Below, one piece after another: positions 7,456 through 16,181 of a stretch of 32,883 nt of DNA (positions are counted from its first letter, which is position 1; every line of letters starts with the position of its first letter). Where the stretch lies: contig JANNCA010000264.1 of assembly GCA_031386075.1 (NCBI GenBank), positions 1 through 32,883 on the forward strand, written 5' to 3'. The position numbers were made by a program, and so were the translations under genes. Under the pieces are notes generated by a model. It made no database searches. It had not been told where the DNA came from and saw nothing but the letters and a program-made list of their open reading frames with translations. This DNA comes from Oligoflexia bacterium (GTDB taxonomy: Bacteria > Bdellovibrionota > UBA1018).

Positions 7456-9015
7456 ATGGTTTGCATGAAATTTTGTTTGAAGCATTTTGCTGTTTTATGG
7501 GTTCTCTTACCCCTCATTTTCAATAATCAAAATGCAAAAGCTGAATCCTGCGCTAAAGTCAAGATCGCTTCAGTGGCCGAATGCGATAAACTAGTCGTCA
7601 AAATTTTACTTGCCGAATGCAATGATGTTGGAGGAAAAGCGACCCTCTTCTGTAAGGGCAATAGAGCGACTGCAACACTCAAGAGAAAATCAGGAATTTA
7701 TTCAGTTAAACTAAAGAAATCAGAGTCCGGATGGGGAGCTCAAGGCAACTGGGAAATCGATGGAAATGTTGAAGTCACTCCAGCATCGGTAGCAATCCAT
7801 AGAAAGTCCAATAAAAACCCCCGCCACTTAGCCTCTCAAGTCGAAGCTCAAATCGAAACCCAGACAGAGACTCCAAAGGAACCCCCCTCCGCCAGGGAGA
7901 TTGTGACGACAAATCCACTAGCTCTCCAAGCGCCTGAGACATCCGGAACACCCCCTGCCGGAAGGGGAATCACATTTAACGCCGCATTTGACGGCTACTA
8001 TGCAATCAACTTGAATCAGATTCCAGGATCCTCTCCACCCACCAACAGTGGAACAACAGGGACTATTAACTTACCCACTGCGCAAATGCCCTATAGAACC
8101 AATGATATTTACAGCAACTCCCTTGCACTCAACTTAGCAGAGCTATCCATTTCGAGAAAAACAAAAGAAACTAGCTTTCGCGCTGACCTGGACTTCGGAA
8201 ATCAGGCCGAAGTTTTCGGCTCCTTCGCTCCTGGCACCTCCACAGATCAAGTTTCGAAGCATATTGGACAAGCTTTTATGACCTGGACCCCCACCGATCG
8301 ATTCACTTTTACTTTTGGAAAACTAACCACCTTCATTGGATACGAAGTCGCAAAATCAAAGGACAACTGGAACTATGGAAGATCACTTCTTTTTCAGCTT
8401 GGCCCCTTCTGGCATATGGGGGCTAATGCCACCTATGCGGTTATTCCGAGTCGAGTCAATGTCGGAGTTCATCTCTACAACGGGTGGAATAACCTCTGGT
8501 CTTTTAACAGCGGAAAATCAATTGGACTTCAACTGAACTGGACTCCGAACGATGCGATCACCTTCAACGCGAACTACATGACTGGCCCCATCAATCCAAA
8601 TGACTCAGTAAATAAGTTGAATATCTATAATACCAACCTCCAATGGATTGTTTCCCCCTCATTCACCTTTGCTTGGGATGCAGTCTACGTGAATTGGGCA
8701 ACTGCCGTCACTTCTGGAGTGAATTCAAACTGGTCAGGCTTTGAGTGCTTAGCCAAGTGGACAGTGACACCCTCCTTTTATCTCTCATCCCGATTCGAGG
8801 TTTTCTCGGATCCCCAAGGAGCTGCAACAAGACTCCTACCCAGCGGAACTAACCTTGTAGAAGGAACCCTCACAGGAGACTTCACAGTGGCTGAAGGATT
8901 TGACATTCGGCTAGAAGGTCGACTTGATAGCTCAAGCACGGCTGCTTATAGCTCTGGAAGCACAATGAGCAAAACTTTACCCACAGGACTCATTGCACTT
9001 CTTTACTCATTTTAA
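7456..9015 (+). CDS. outer-membrane beta-barrel porin (OmpL-like / bbp2-like) with an N-terminal Cys-containing domain
   Basis: 519-aa ORF with a signal peptide (MKFCLKHFAVLWVLLPLIFNNQNAKA). The ATG at 7465 is the likelier start, since GAGG at 7450-7453 is only 2 nt from the 7456 ATG. The barrel region shows alternating-hydrophobic strands (FNAAFDGYYAINLN, LNLAELSISRK, FRADLDFG) and ends in an aromatic C-terminus (LLYSF). Confidence 0.65.
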   Translation: MVCMKFCLKHFAVLWVLLPLIFNNQNAKAESCAKVKIASVAECDKLVVKILLAECNDVGGKATLFCKGNRATATLKRKSGIYSVKLKKSESGWGAQGNWEIDGNVEVTPASVAIHRKSNKNPRHLASQVEAQIETQTETPKEPPSAREIVTTNPLALQAPETSGTPPAGRGITFNAAFDGYYAINLNQIPGSSPPTNSGTTGTINLPTAQMPYRTNDIYSNSLALNLAELSISRKTKETSFRADLDFGNQAEVFGSFAPGTSTDQVSKHIGQAFMTWTPTDRFTFTFGKLTTFIGYEVAKSKDNWNYGRSLLFQLGPFWHMGANATYAVIPSRVNVGVHLYNGWNNLWSFNSGKSIGLQLNWTPNDAITFNANYMTGPINPNDSVNKLNIYNTNLQWIVSPSFTFAWDAVYVNWATAVTSGVNSNWSGFECLAKWTVTPSFYLSSRFEVFSDPQGAATRLLPSGTNLVEGTLTGDFTVAEGFDIRLEGRLDSSSTAAYSSGSTMSKTLPTGLIALLYSF

Positions 9016-9049
9016 CAGGAGTCAACAAGCTTCGGCCAAAAACTCTCCT

Positions 9050-9886
9050 TCAATCATTAGGCACCATCATGATCTCAATGTAAAACTCCCCAAACTCCCC
9101 ACTACATTGCACAATATCGAGTCGGGGCGGCAACTTAGTCGAATAGAGAACCTCCAAGTCCTTCCCTGCAAAAACAGCGGGAATTCCCGAGCTAAACGAA
9201 TACCCCTCAGCCTTTAAATCCGTCTTAACTTTTCCTAAAACTGAATTTGCCAATTCAGCGGCCCAATCAGAAATTCCGGGCTCAACTTCTAAATATTTTC
9301 TTTTCATAATAGCTGAAACGACTTTCAAAAAACTTTCCGTCTGGAAACAAAGCAAAAGATTTCCTTTTTGATTATTACAAAAAAAACCACCAACTCCCGC
9401 TATATCCACAGCTGGCCGATCTTTTTGGGTACAAACTCTGGGAATCCCAAAATTAGAACTCAATTGTGCATAAACACTTAAATTATCTCGCACCGCAGGA
9501 ATCACAACCTGCATAAAAGCCACCGCATCAATTTCTTGATTCTTTTTAGAATCTACAATTAAGTCATCGACCTTGGGTACGACCCCTACAAAACAAGGTA
9601 GAACTCCGCTATACCCGCAATCCTCAATTCTTTGTGTCAAGTGATCACTTGCAATCACCATAACTCTTCGATTTTGTGCCAAAATTGACCCCGATAAGTG
9701 GGCCAAAACATCTAATCCAACAGATTCTATCGAAGATACTTTTGAAAAGTCAAACATTACTAGAGTGTAAGGTTCCTTCACCTTAAGCACCTCTATTCGG
9801 CAATTTTCAGCCTCTGAAAGCCCAAAATTTGAAGAAAAAACCTGAAAAATGAGCGCCTGCTGAGCCGTATGGAGCCTAAAATCCAT
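9050..9886 (-). CDS. STAS-domain / CheX-like CheY-P phosphatase fusion protein
   Basis: The ORF track gives 9050-9925. I prefer the ATG at 9886 (MDFRLH...), 4 nt after the cheY stop, because it avoids a 35-nt overlap. The N-terminal ~110 aa are STAS-like (LVMFDFSKVSSIESVGLDVLAHL...VMVIASDHLTQRIEDCGYSGVLP). The C-terminal half is CheX-like and carries D-x3-E-x2-N-x21-P (DWAAELAN...GIP). Confidence 0.75.
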   Translation of the reverse strand: MDFRLHTAQQALIFQVFSSNFGLSEAENCRIEVLKVKEPYTLVMFDFSKVSSIESVGLDVLAHLSGSILAQNRRVMVIASDHLTQRIEDCGYSGVLPCFVGVVPKVDDLIVDSKKNQEIDAVAFMQVVIPAVRDNLSVYAQLSSNFGIPRVCTQKDRPAVDIAGVGGFFCNNQKGNLLLCFQTESFLKVVSAIMKRKYLEVEPGISDWAAELANSVLGKVKTDLKAEGYSFSSGIPAVFAGKDLEVLYSTKLPPRLDIVQCSGEFGEFYIEIMMVPND

Positions 9887-9890
9887 AAAA

Positions 9891-10328
9891 TTAACCTTTT
9901 TGTTTGGTCCGCTTCCAGACTGCAATTAGTTTTTCTTTTAGAATATTTTCATCAAAGGGCTTAACTACAAAATCGGTTACCCCTAAAACAATCGCTTTAA
10001 TAACATTCTCAGTTTCACTTTCCGAAGTAATCATTAAAAATGGAATTGTTTTATACTTAGGATGGTTCTTCAAACTCAGAAGAAGATCGATTCCATTCAT
10101 TTCAGGCATGTTCCAATCCGCTAGAATTAAATTCATTTCAACTCCAACTTTATAGAAACTATCCAGCTTTGCGAGAGCTTCTTTACCATTTTCAGCTTCA
10201 AGAATATTAGTAAAACCCAATGATATGAGATGCTGTTTGACCAAAGTCCTCACTGCGTTTGAATCATCCACTATCAAAAAATTTGATTCTGGTAAGAACA
10301 TATCGATTTTACTTAAGAAGTCTCCCAC
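9891..10328 (-). CDS. cheY: CheY-like single-domain response regulator
   Basis: 145-aa ORF with all canonical receiver residues: LIVDDS, LILADWNMPEMNG (phospho-Asp), MITSE and VVKPF. The start is GTG at 10328, with an alternative ATG at 10301 (MFLPESNFLIVDD). Confidence 0.9.
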   Translation of the reverse strand: MGDFLSKIDMFLPESNFLIVDDSNAVRTLVKQHLISLGFTNILEAENGKEALAKLDSFYKVGVEMNLILADWNMPEMNGIDLLLSLKNHPKYKTIPFLMITSESETENVIKAIVLGVTDFVVKPFDENILKEKLIAVWKRTKQKG

Positions 10329-10388
10329 TTAAGTTCCGTGTTAAAGTAATCTTGAGATCTATTGTATATTTAGTAAAACTCTACTTTA

Positions 10389-10417
10389 ATTAGATCAGAT
10401 TGCATACTGAGTGTCAA
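10389..10417 (-). promoter_or_regulatory. candidate sigma70-type promoter for the cheY / STAS-cheX unit
   Basis: On the minus strand: TTGACA (10417-10412), a 17-nt spacer, then TCTAAT (10394-10389). It sits ~60 nt upstream of the cheY GTG. Pattern match only. Confidence 0.4.
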
Positions 10418-10437
10418 AGGCGAACAATAAATTGATA

Positions 10438-10467
10438 TTGTCAAAATTTGTTTTTTATTGCTAATAT
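10438..10467 (+). promoter_or_regulatory. candidate sigma70-type promoter for cheX
   Basis: TTGTCA (10438-10443), an 18-nt spacer, then TAATAT (10462-10467), followed by AAGGAGG (10476-10482) and ATG at 10486. The implied leader is very short, so an upstream alternative (TTGAGA 10352-10357, 16 nt, TAAAAC) is also possible. Confidence 0.25.
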
Positions 10468-10485
10468 TTTCTCTGAAGGAGGGTC

Positions 10486-10995
10486 ATGCAAGCTTCAAAA
10501 ATTGACGTCAATTTTATCAATCCCTTTATCGAAGGTACAATTGAAACACTAAAAGTCCAGTGTTCTTTTACACCCAAAGCCAGCAGACCCTTTCTTAAAG
10601 GAAAAGGGCCGGAAATCATTACAGACATTGCTGCGGTCATAGGATTAACGAGTCCTGCCTTTAATGGTTCGGTGGCGGTTTGCTTTCCAAAAAATATATT
10701 TTTAAACATCATGGAACGAATGCTGGGTGAAAAGTACGAGGAAATTGGCGAAGAACTAGAAGATGGTGCCTGCGAACTTCTCAATATTATTTTTGGTCAA
10801 GCCAAGAGAAATTTAAATGAAAAAGGTTACCAAATTGAAAAAGCAATCCCAACGATTGTTCGAGGCTCGGGAGTAGCCATCAAACACCTCTCCGAAGGTC
10901 CGACTGTAGTCATTCCATTTGAAACAGAAATAGGAATTTTCCATATAGAAATTGCTACACAAGCCGAAAAAGAATCTAAAACTTTACCACAATAG
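10486..10995 (+). CDS. cheX: CheX-family CheY-P phosphatase
   Basis: 169-aa ORF preceded by a strong SD. The N-terminus is typical of CheX (INPFIEGTIETL). The active-site consensus D-x3-E-x2-N-x21-P is present (DGACELLN...AIP). Confidence 0.85.
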   Translation: MQASKIDVNFINPFIEGTIETLKVQCSFTPKASRPFLKGKGPEIITDIAAVIGLTSPAFNGSVAVCFPKNIFLNIMERMLGEKYEEIGEELEDGACELLNIIFGQAKRNLNEKGYQIEKAIPTIVRGSGVAIKHLSEGPTVVIPFETEIGIFHIEIATQAEKESKTLPQ

Positions 10996-11058
10996 TACAG
11001 AATAAAATACCGTTGGATTGACCGATACAGAAAATAACACCCCGCACCTTTCTCTCCC

Positions 11059-13308
11059 TCAAGCCATCATTCGGGTCAAATCCTCTTTTCTCCCCACGAT
11101 CCAAAGAATATCGCCTGATGACAAACGAACATCCGGACTCGGATTGACGACTCGATGCCCTTGCTCCTCTATTCCTACTACCATGGAGTTAAATTTCTCC
11201 CGAATCAGTGAAGATCGAATCGTCTTACCAGCAAAAATTGAATGACCTGATATTTGAATCTGACGAACCTCATAGTCATCCAGAGGAGACGACCGATCTT
11301 CAAAGCCGGGAGGTTTTTCGATCAAAGGCCGTACTGCCTCAATTTGATCATCCGTACCCAAAACCAAAAGTTCATCCTGAGGGAGAATCATCTCATCTGG
11401 CTTTGGGGCGACAATCATAAATGATCCCCGCTGAATTGCAATTACGTTGATCCCAAATTGATTTCTCAACTTCGAATCCATTAAACTTTTCATCTCAAGT
11501 TGCGCATGAGGATGCACCCGAATCCTCACCAATCGAGCATCCCAAGGGGCAAGCCCCTTCAAGACATCGTCCTGAGATTCATCTTCCTGGTCTTTTTCAA
11601 AGGTAGATAGAAATTGTTTTTCAAACCACGCATAGGACGCTTCGATTTGACGGTAAAACAAACCAAAAAAGCCAACAAGAAAAAACCCTGTTATCGAAAT
11701 AGCATAACGAATAGGAAAGAAATTCAAACTCAATGCTCCGAGCCAGATGAGAGAAAGAAATCTAAAAATCAGTAAAACCCCAGGCCTAAGAAAACTCGTC
11801 AAAACAGACTGATCTACTCCCCCTTGATAACTTTTAAAGACAGAAAGCATCGCCCAAATAAAAGGAGACGAAATTCCTACCGTCGCAAACCAACCTACAG
11901 TAGGAGTAAAAATCTGATCCGCAATTTTGTAACTAGATATTTTTTCTCTTAATATTGGAATGATAAACGGAATCATAAATTCAGAACAGGTTATAAAAAT
12001 AATTGAAACAATAAGGCCGTTCAGGAACCATCTTAATAGCTGTTCATAAAAAATTTTCTTCTTAGCTCCATCTACCTTCCGCGACTGCATCCAAACAATG
12101 TAATGGGATAGGGTGTATTTCATTCTATCGGGAAGGTGATCTTCTAGATAAATCGCAAACGTGTTTGAAATTCGGATCAAATAAGGTGTCGTAAAAGTAG
12201 TCACAATCGAAACAGCCACTCCGATCGGGTAAAGAGAATCATTGGTCACGTTCAAGGTTGTACCTAAAGTGGCAATAATAAACGAAAACTCCCCGATTTG
12301 GGCTAATCCAAAACCTACCTGAATCGAATTTCTCAGAGTTTGTCCAGTCGCAAGAGACCCGATTGTGGTACTTACTATTTTTCCAGCAATAGTCAAAAAA
12401 GAAAGTATCGCAACAGCACCCAAATTATGCCAAAGAACCCGAGGATTGAGGAGCATCCCGATGGACACAAAAAAGATGGCAGCAAAAAGGTCCCTCAATG
12501 GAGCAATTCTTTCCTGAATCCGATGAGACTCCGTACTCTCGGCAAGAATCGATCCCATGATAAAGGCTCCAAGTGCCACTGAATAATGAAAATAGGACGC
12601 AAAAACGACTAAAATAAGACACAACCCAAGCGAAAGTAGGGTCAGCATTTCGTCCGTCCCTACTCTTCCCACATACTTCATAAATCGAGGTATAATAAAA
12701 TATCCGGCTATAAACCAACCTCCGATCACTAGAATGAGTTTTGCAATTGCAATCAGTAGAACTAGACTAGAAAGTGATTTATTTAAAGCAATTGTGGTAA
12801 GAGTCACGATCACTAAAATAGCTAATAAATCTTCTACAACTAAAATAGCAAAAATAAGCTCTGCAAATCGCCTCGTCTTCAACTTAAGCTCATCCAAAGC
12901 TCGAATAATAATTGTAGTCGAAGAGATAGATAGCATCGCCCCTAGAAACAAGCAGTCCATCGAAGTGTAACCGAGGAATTTTCCTGCTCCAAATCCTAAA
13001 AATGACATAAACAAAACTTCTACTGTGGCGGTAACTCCAGCTGTCAACCCTACTTTTGCCAGTTTACGAAAACTAAATTCCAGTCCCAAAGAAAACATTA
13101 AAAAGATCACACCCAACTCAGCCCAAAGCTTGATACCTTGAGTATCGGTCACCAAGGGAAAAGGAGGCGTATAAGGACCTACAATAATGCCAGCAATAAT
13201 GTATCCAAGAACAACAGGCTGCCTGATTTTCTGAAAAAGCAGAGAAACCAGGCCAGCTATTCCTAAAATAATGGCTAAGTCGTGAATCATGGGGGCCAAA
13301 TGCATCAT
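11059..13308 (-). CDS. CPA2-family monovalent cation:proton antiporter with two C-terminal RCK_C (TrkA-C) domains
   Basis: The ORF track extends to 13362. I prefer the ATG at 13308, which forms an ATGA overlap with the addA stop (13305-13308) and begins MMHLAPMIHDLAIILGIAG. There are about 12 or more TM helices with a Na/H-exchanger-like core. Two RCK_C-like repeats follow (VRIRVHPHAQLEMKSL...VLGTDDQIEAV and RQIQISGHSIFAGKTI...WIVGRKEDL). Confidence 0.88.
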   Translation of the reverse strand: MMHLAPMIHDLAIILGIAGLVSLLFQKIRQPVVLGYIIAGIIVGPYTPPFPLVTDTQGIKLWAELGVIFLMFSLGLEFSFRKLAKVGLTAGVTATVEVLFMSFLGFGAGKFLGYTSMDCLFLGAMLSISSTTIIIRALDELKLKTRRFAELIFAILVVEDLLAILVIVTLTTIALNKSLSSLVLLIAIAKLILVIGGWFIAGYFIIPRFMKYVGRVGTDEMLTLLSLGLCLILVVFASYFHYSVALGAFIMGSILAESTESHRIQERIAPLRDLFAAIFFVSIGMLLNPRVLWHNLGAVAILSFLTIAGKIVSTTIGSLATGQTLRNSIQVGFGLAQIGEFSFIIATLGTTLNVTNDSLYPIGVAVSIVTTFTTPYLIRISNTFAIYLEDHLPDRMKYTLSHYIVWMQSRKVDGAKKKIFYEQLLRWFLNGLIVSIIFITCSEFMIPFIIPILREKISSYKIADQIFTPTVGWFATVGISSPFIWAMLSVFKSYQGGVDQSVLTSFLRPGVLLIFRFLSLIWLGALSLNFFPIRYAISITGFFLVGFFGLFYRQIEASYAWFEKQFLSTFEKDQEDESQDDVLKGLAPWDARLVRIRVHPHAQLEMKSLMDSKLRNQFGINVIAIQRGSFMIVAPKPDEMILPQDELLVLGTDDQIEAVRPLIEKPPGFEDRSSPLDDYEVRQIQISGHSIFAGKTIRSSLIREKFNSMVVGIEEQGHRVVNPSPDVRLSSGDILWIVGRKEDLTRMMA

Positions 13309-16181
13309 AAAAGTGAACGGATCCCTTCTGGACAATGTGGACGAAATTCGCAAAAACGGCAAAGGGGTCCAGTCAGAGGAAGCCCCAGGGTACCATTTAA
13401 AATCTGATTTGCAGATTCGGCTAATAAATGAAGTCTTTGATAATTCAACGATTCTCCCAAGGGAACCGAGACGACCTGAACCCCTCCGGCTGTAATATTA
13501 ACCAACCTGGCGTCTATCTCTCCAATATGGATTTCAGGATTCAACCTCTGCAGGGCGAGGGCATACAAATGGATCTGCGTCTGATAAGATTCCAGAAGGG
13601 CTTCAACTGACTTAAATTTTTCGGTCACTTTGAAATCAATGATGACATAATCGGTTCGATCACCCTGACGTTCTGCCACGAGTCGGTCCATGGACCCCAC
13701 CAGAACTTCTTTCCCAATGGGCACCTCAAAGGGAAGTTCTGACCAAACATCCCTTCCTATTTCAGGATTCGCTGGGAGCATCCAAGGCGACCCTGTCGCC
13801 CAACGAATCAGAGGTGCAGCTGAAAAAGCAGGTAAATGGGACTCAGTTTCAAGAACCTTAAGACCCTCAAAGTCTCCGCTCGCTAGACAGGAATGAACCC
13901 GATTCCCAAGTTCCTGAAATCCGTCTCTCTTGGAAAGCTCATCCCCTGCCACCCTCGCAGCCTCCTCGATTGTCACTTCTGGATCCCCAACGGGATGAAC
14001 AAATAGGTCAAAAGCCTTCGGTCGAATAGTGGTCCATTCATAGGCTCGAGGACATCGTGAAAGCAAATTCCATTCAGTGACGCTGTGACGGGGACGTTTC
14101 CGTAAGGATTGGATCGGGACTTTTTGACTCCTGGAACAGGGAACTAAAGTCGCAACAGAATCTGATCCAGTACTTTCAGGTAACCCTAGAGTCGAATTTC
14201 CTATCTGACTCGTTTCTATTCGAGTTCCCGATTGTATCCATGCTTTCCAGTCGTCCCGTAAATAGGGAGCATCTACGGCTTCTTCTGAATCTGAGGAAGG
14301 ACAAACCAGAATCAACCGGTCTCGAGCGCGAGTGAGTGCCACGTAAAAAAGTCGCTTACTCTCCGCGAGATTTTTTTCTTTTTCGCTCTCCCGCCAAATT
14401 TTTTCGACTCGGTCGGTTCGGTTTCGATCCCCACTTGGATCACGACCCGCCAGATAAACACCCTGAATGCGGTCCCAAAACAAAAGGGGCGCGTCGGGAG
14501 TCCGAGATGGGCCAGAAAAATCTACCAAAATGACCTGATTAAACTCCAGTCCTTTTGCTCCATGGAGAGTCAAAACAGGAAGTTGCCCATGACTCCTCGG
14601 AGCTGGCACTTCCCTCTCACGACGATTTTCCCGAATAGCGGATGAAAGATCCAGAACTACGGAATGAAAATCGAGTCCACGAGAAGATAACTCTTCCACT
14701 CGATGCCAAAGGCCCATAAGTGGAGCTCCCAACTCGTTTTCGATTTCTTCATCAATCAAGAGGGACAGAAGGAGTTCTCCAGGGCGAAGGATCTGATGAG
14801 AACAACTCTTGAGTTTCTGCGCCAAGGGATGATTCGATCCAAAAAACGGCTCCCTCCATGTAGAATCCACCTGAACCCACTGATCCAACAAAGCATCCGA
14901 TATACCTACCCAAGGGGCCCGAAGAAACACACCCCCTGACAAAGCGTTCGCGGGATGATCCCACCACCGCAAAAACGCTACCAATTCTCGAACCCGAGGG
15001 TCCTCCCAGAAAAGCCCTCCCCCACCGACTGCGATCGGAATTCCTGCTGAACTGAAGGCTTTCAACCATTTTTCGTTCCCTCGAATTTTCCGAAGCAATA
15101 GAGCAAATTCGCCTAAATGAACTCCTCGCTGGACCTCTTGAAGAAGCCACTGACATAGGTCACTCGGAGATTCAATATTCAAACGCAAAACTGAGGATTG
15201 TTGGGTATTAGACTCTCTCTTGGATATCAAAGCTTCAAATTTCATTTGGGATGCGGCAAAATTAGGCTCACAAACCTGATTCGTAAAATCTATAATACCG
15301 CTCACACTTCTAAAATTCCAAGTGAGAGATTTTCGATGCGGCAATTGCATGCAAAAGTCTTCAAAAACACTCACATCTGCATCTCGAAACCGATAAATAG
15401 ACTGTTTAGGGTCCCCAACGACACAGAGATTCGATGCATCCGGCTTAGCCAGTTGGCGAATCAATTGAGCTTGAAGAGGGTTCGTGTCTTGAAACTCATC
15501 CACCAAAACCAAGTCAAATCGAGAGTGGTAGGTATCCCGTACAGTAGCCACTGCGAGTGCCCGATCTGCTCCAAGCTCTAAGTCAGAAAAATCCAAATAA
15601 CCTTGCCGTCTTTTCATACGATTGTATTTTTCCAAAACAAATCGTGCTGCTATCTCTAAACTCTGGGTATCAGGATGCTCTGAGGATTTAAGAAATCGAA
15701 AAACCCCTAAAGAGGAAAGCTCCCTCACTCTCTTGAGTAAGTCAGTCAAACTTCCCCTGGATTCTCGACTCAACAAGCTCTCCACACTCACCCTGACGTC
15801 GTCAGGCAAATCATCCATCCAAAGGGATTCAAGCGCTCTTTCCCAAAACAATTGAGTTTCAGCTTCGGTTAAAATCGTTTCTTCACCATCAAATCCAGCT
15901 TCTTTTGGAAATTCACGAATAATCGCAGCACATAACCCATGAATCGTCATAATCCAATGAGGACTCAGGGCAAGGACCTGAGCCAGCTTAACCTTGAGAT
16001 CACTTGCAGAGCGCTCCGTGAAAGACACAGCTACGAATCGGGCCTGATGCTTGATTTCCAAAAGGCGAACACACTTAGCCACGACTGTGGTCGTTTTACC
16101 CGATCCGGCGCCAGCCATGATGTCCATCCCTGACTTCCTATGCTGAATGATTTCCTCTTGTTCTGGAGTAAAAACTTTCAT
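13305..16181 (-). CDS. addA: AddA-type SF1 (UvrD/Rep) helicase with C-terminal PD-(D/E)XK nuclease
   Basis: 958 aa with a full SF1 motif set: AGAGSGKTT, VDEFQDTNP, VVGDPKQSIYRFRDA, NFRS, LHGAKGLEF, YVALTRARDRL. The C-terminal nuclease shows MDRL...IIDFK...QIHLY. Four Cys are present (SRCP... then CRFCEFRPHC). Confidence 0.85.
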   Translation of the reverse strand: MKVFTPEQEEIIQHRKSGMDIMAGAGSGKTTTVVAKCVRLLEIKHQARFVAVSFTERSASDLKVKLAQVLALSPHWIMTIHGLCAAIIREFPKEAGFDGEETILTEAETQLFWERALESLWMDDLPDDVRVSVESLLSRESRGSLTDLLKRVRELSSLGVFRFLKSSEHPDTQSLEIAARFVLEKYNRMKRRQGYLDFSDLELGADRALAVATVRDTYHSRFDLVLVDEFQDTNPLQAQLIRQLAKPDASNLCVVGDPKQSIYRFRDADVSVFEDFCMQLPHRKSLTWNFRSVSGIIDFTNQVCEPNFAASQMKFEALISKRESNTQQSSVLRLNIESPSDLCQWLLQEVQRGVHLGEFALLLRKIRGNEKWLKAFSSAGIPIAVGGGGLFWEDPRVRELVAFLRWWDHPANALSGGVFLRAPWVGISDALLDQWVQVDSTWREPFFGSNHPLAQKLKSCSHQILRPGELLLSLLIDEEIENELGAPLMGLWHRVEELSSRGLDFHSVVLDLSSAIRENRREREVPAPRSHGQLPVLTLHGAKGLEFNQVILVDFSGPSRTPDAPLLFWDRIQGVYLAGRDPSGDRNRTDRVEKIWRESEKEKNLAESKRLFYVALTRARDRLILVCPSSDSEEAVDAPYLRDDWKAWIQSGTRIETSQIGNSTLGLPESTGSDSVATLVPCSRSQKVPIQSLRKRPRHSVTEWNLLSRCPRAYEWTTIRPKAFDLFVHPVGDPEVTIEEAARVAGDELSKRDGFQELGNRVHSCLASGDFEGLKVLETESHLPAFSAAPLIRWATGSPWMLPANPEIGRDVWSELPFEVPIGKEVLVGSMDRLVAERQGDRTDYVIIDFKVTEKFKSVEALLESYQTQIHLYALALQRLNPEIHIGEIDARLVNITAGGVQVVSVPLGESLNYQRLHLLAESANQILNGTLGLPLTGPLCRFCEFRPHCPEGIRSLL

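Noticed and set aside
9017-9049. A possible bidirectional terminator between the convergent porin and STAS-cheX genes.
   Set aside because: Only a 5-bp stem (aggag/ctcct) with a 23-nt loop and no U-tract. It is too weak to call. Likewise I found no convincing hairpin in 10996-11058.
12154-12167. cgcaaacgtgtttg, a PurR-box-like imperfect palindrome (caaac-gt-gtttg).
   Set aside because: It lies deep inside the antiporter coding region, far from any pur promoter. The arms are only 5 bp. Most likely a chance occurrence.
13309-13362. A longer N-terminus for the antiporter (ORF track start 13362), giving a 58-nt overlap with addA.
   Set aside because: The extension overlaps the addA codons for the CRFCEFRPHC cluster motif and adds a non-hydrophobic leader. 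The ATG at 13308 gives the same ATGA coupling seen at six other junctions.
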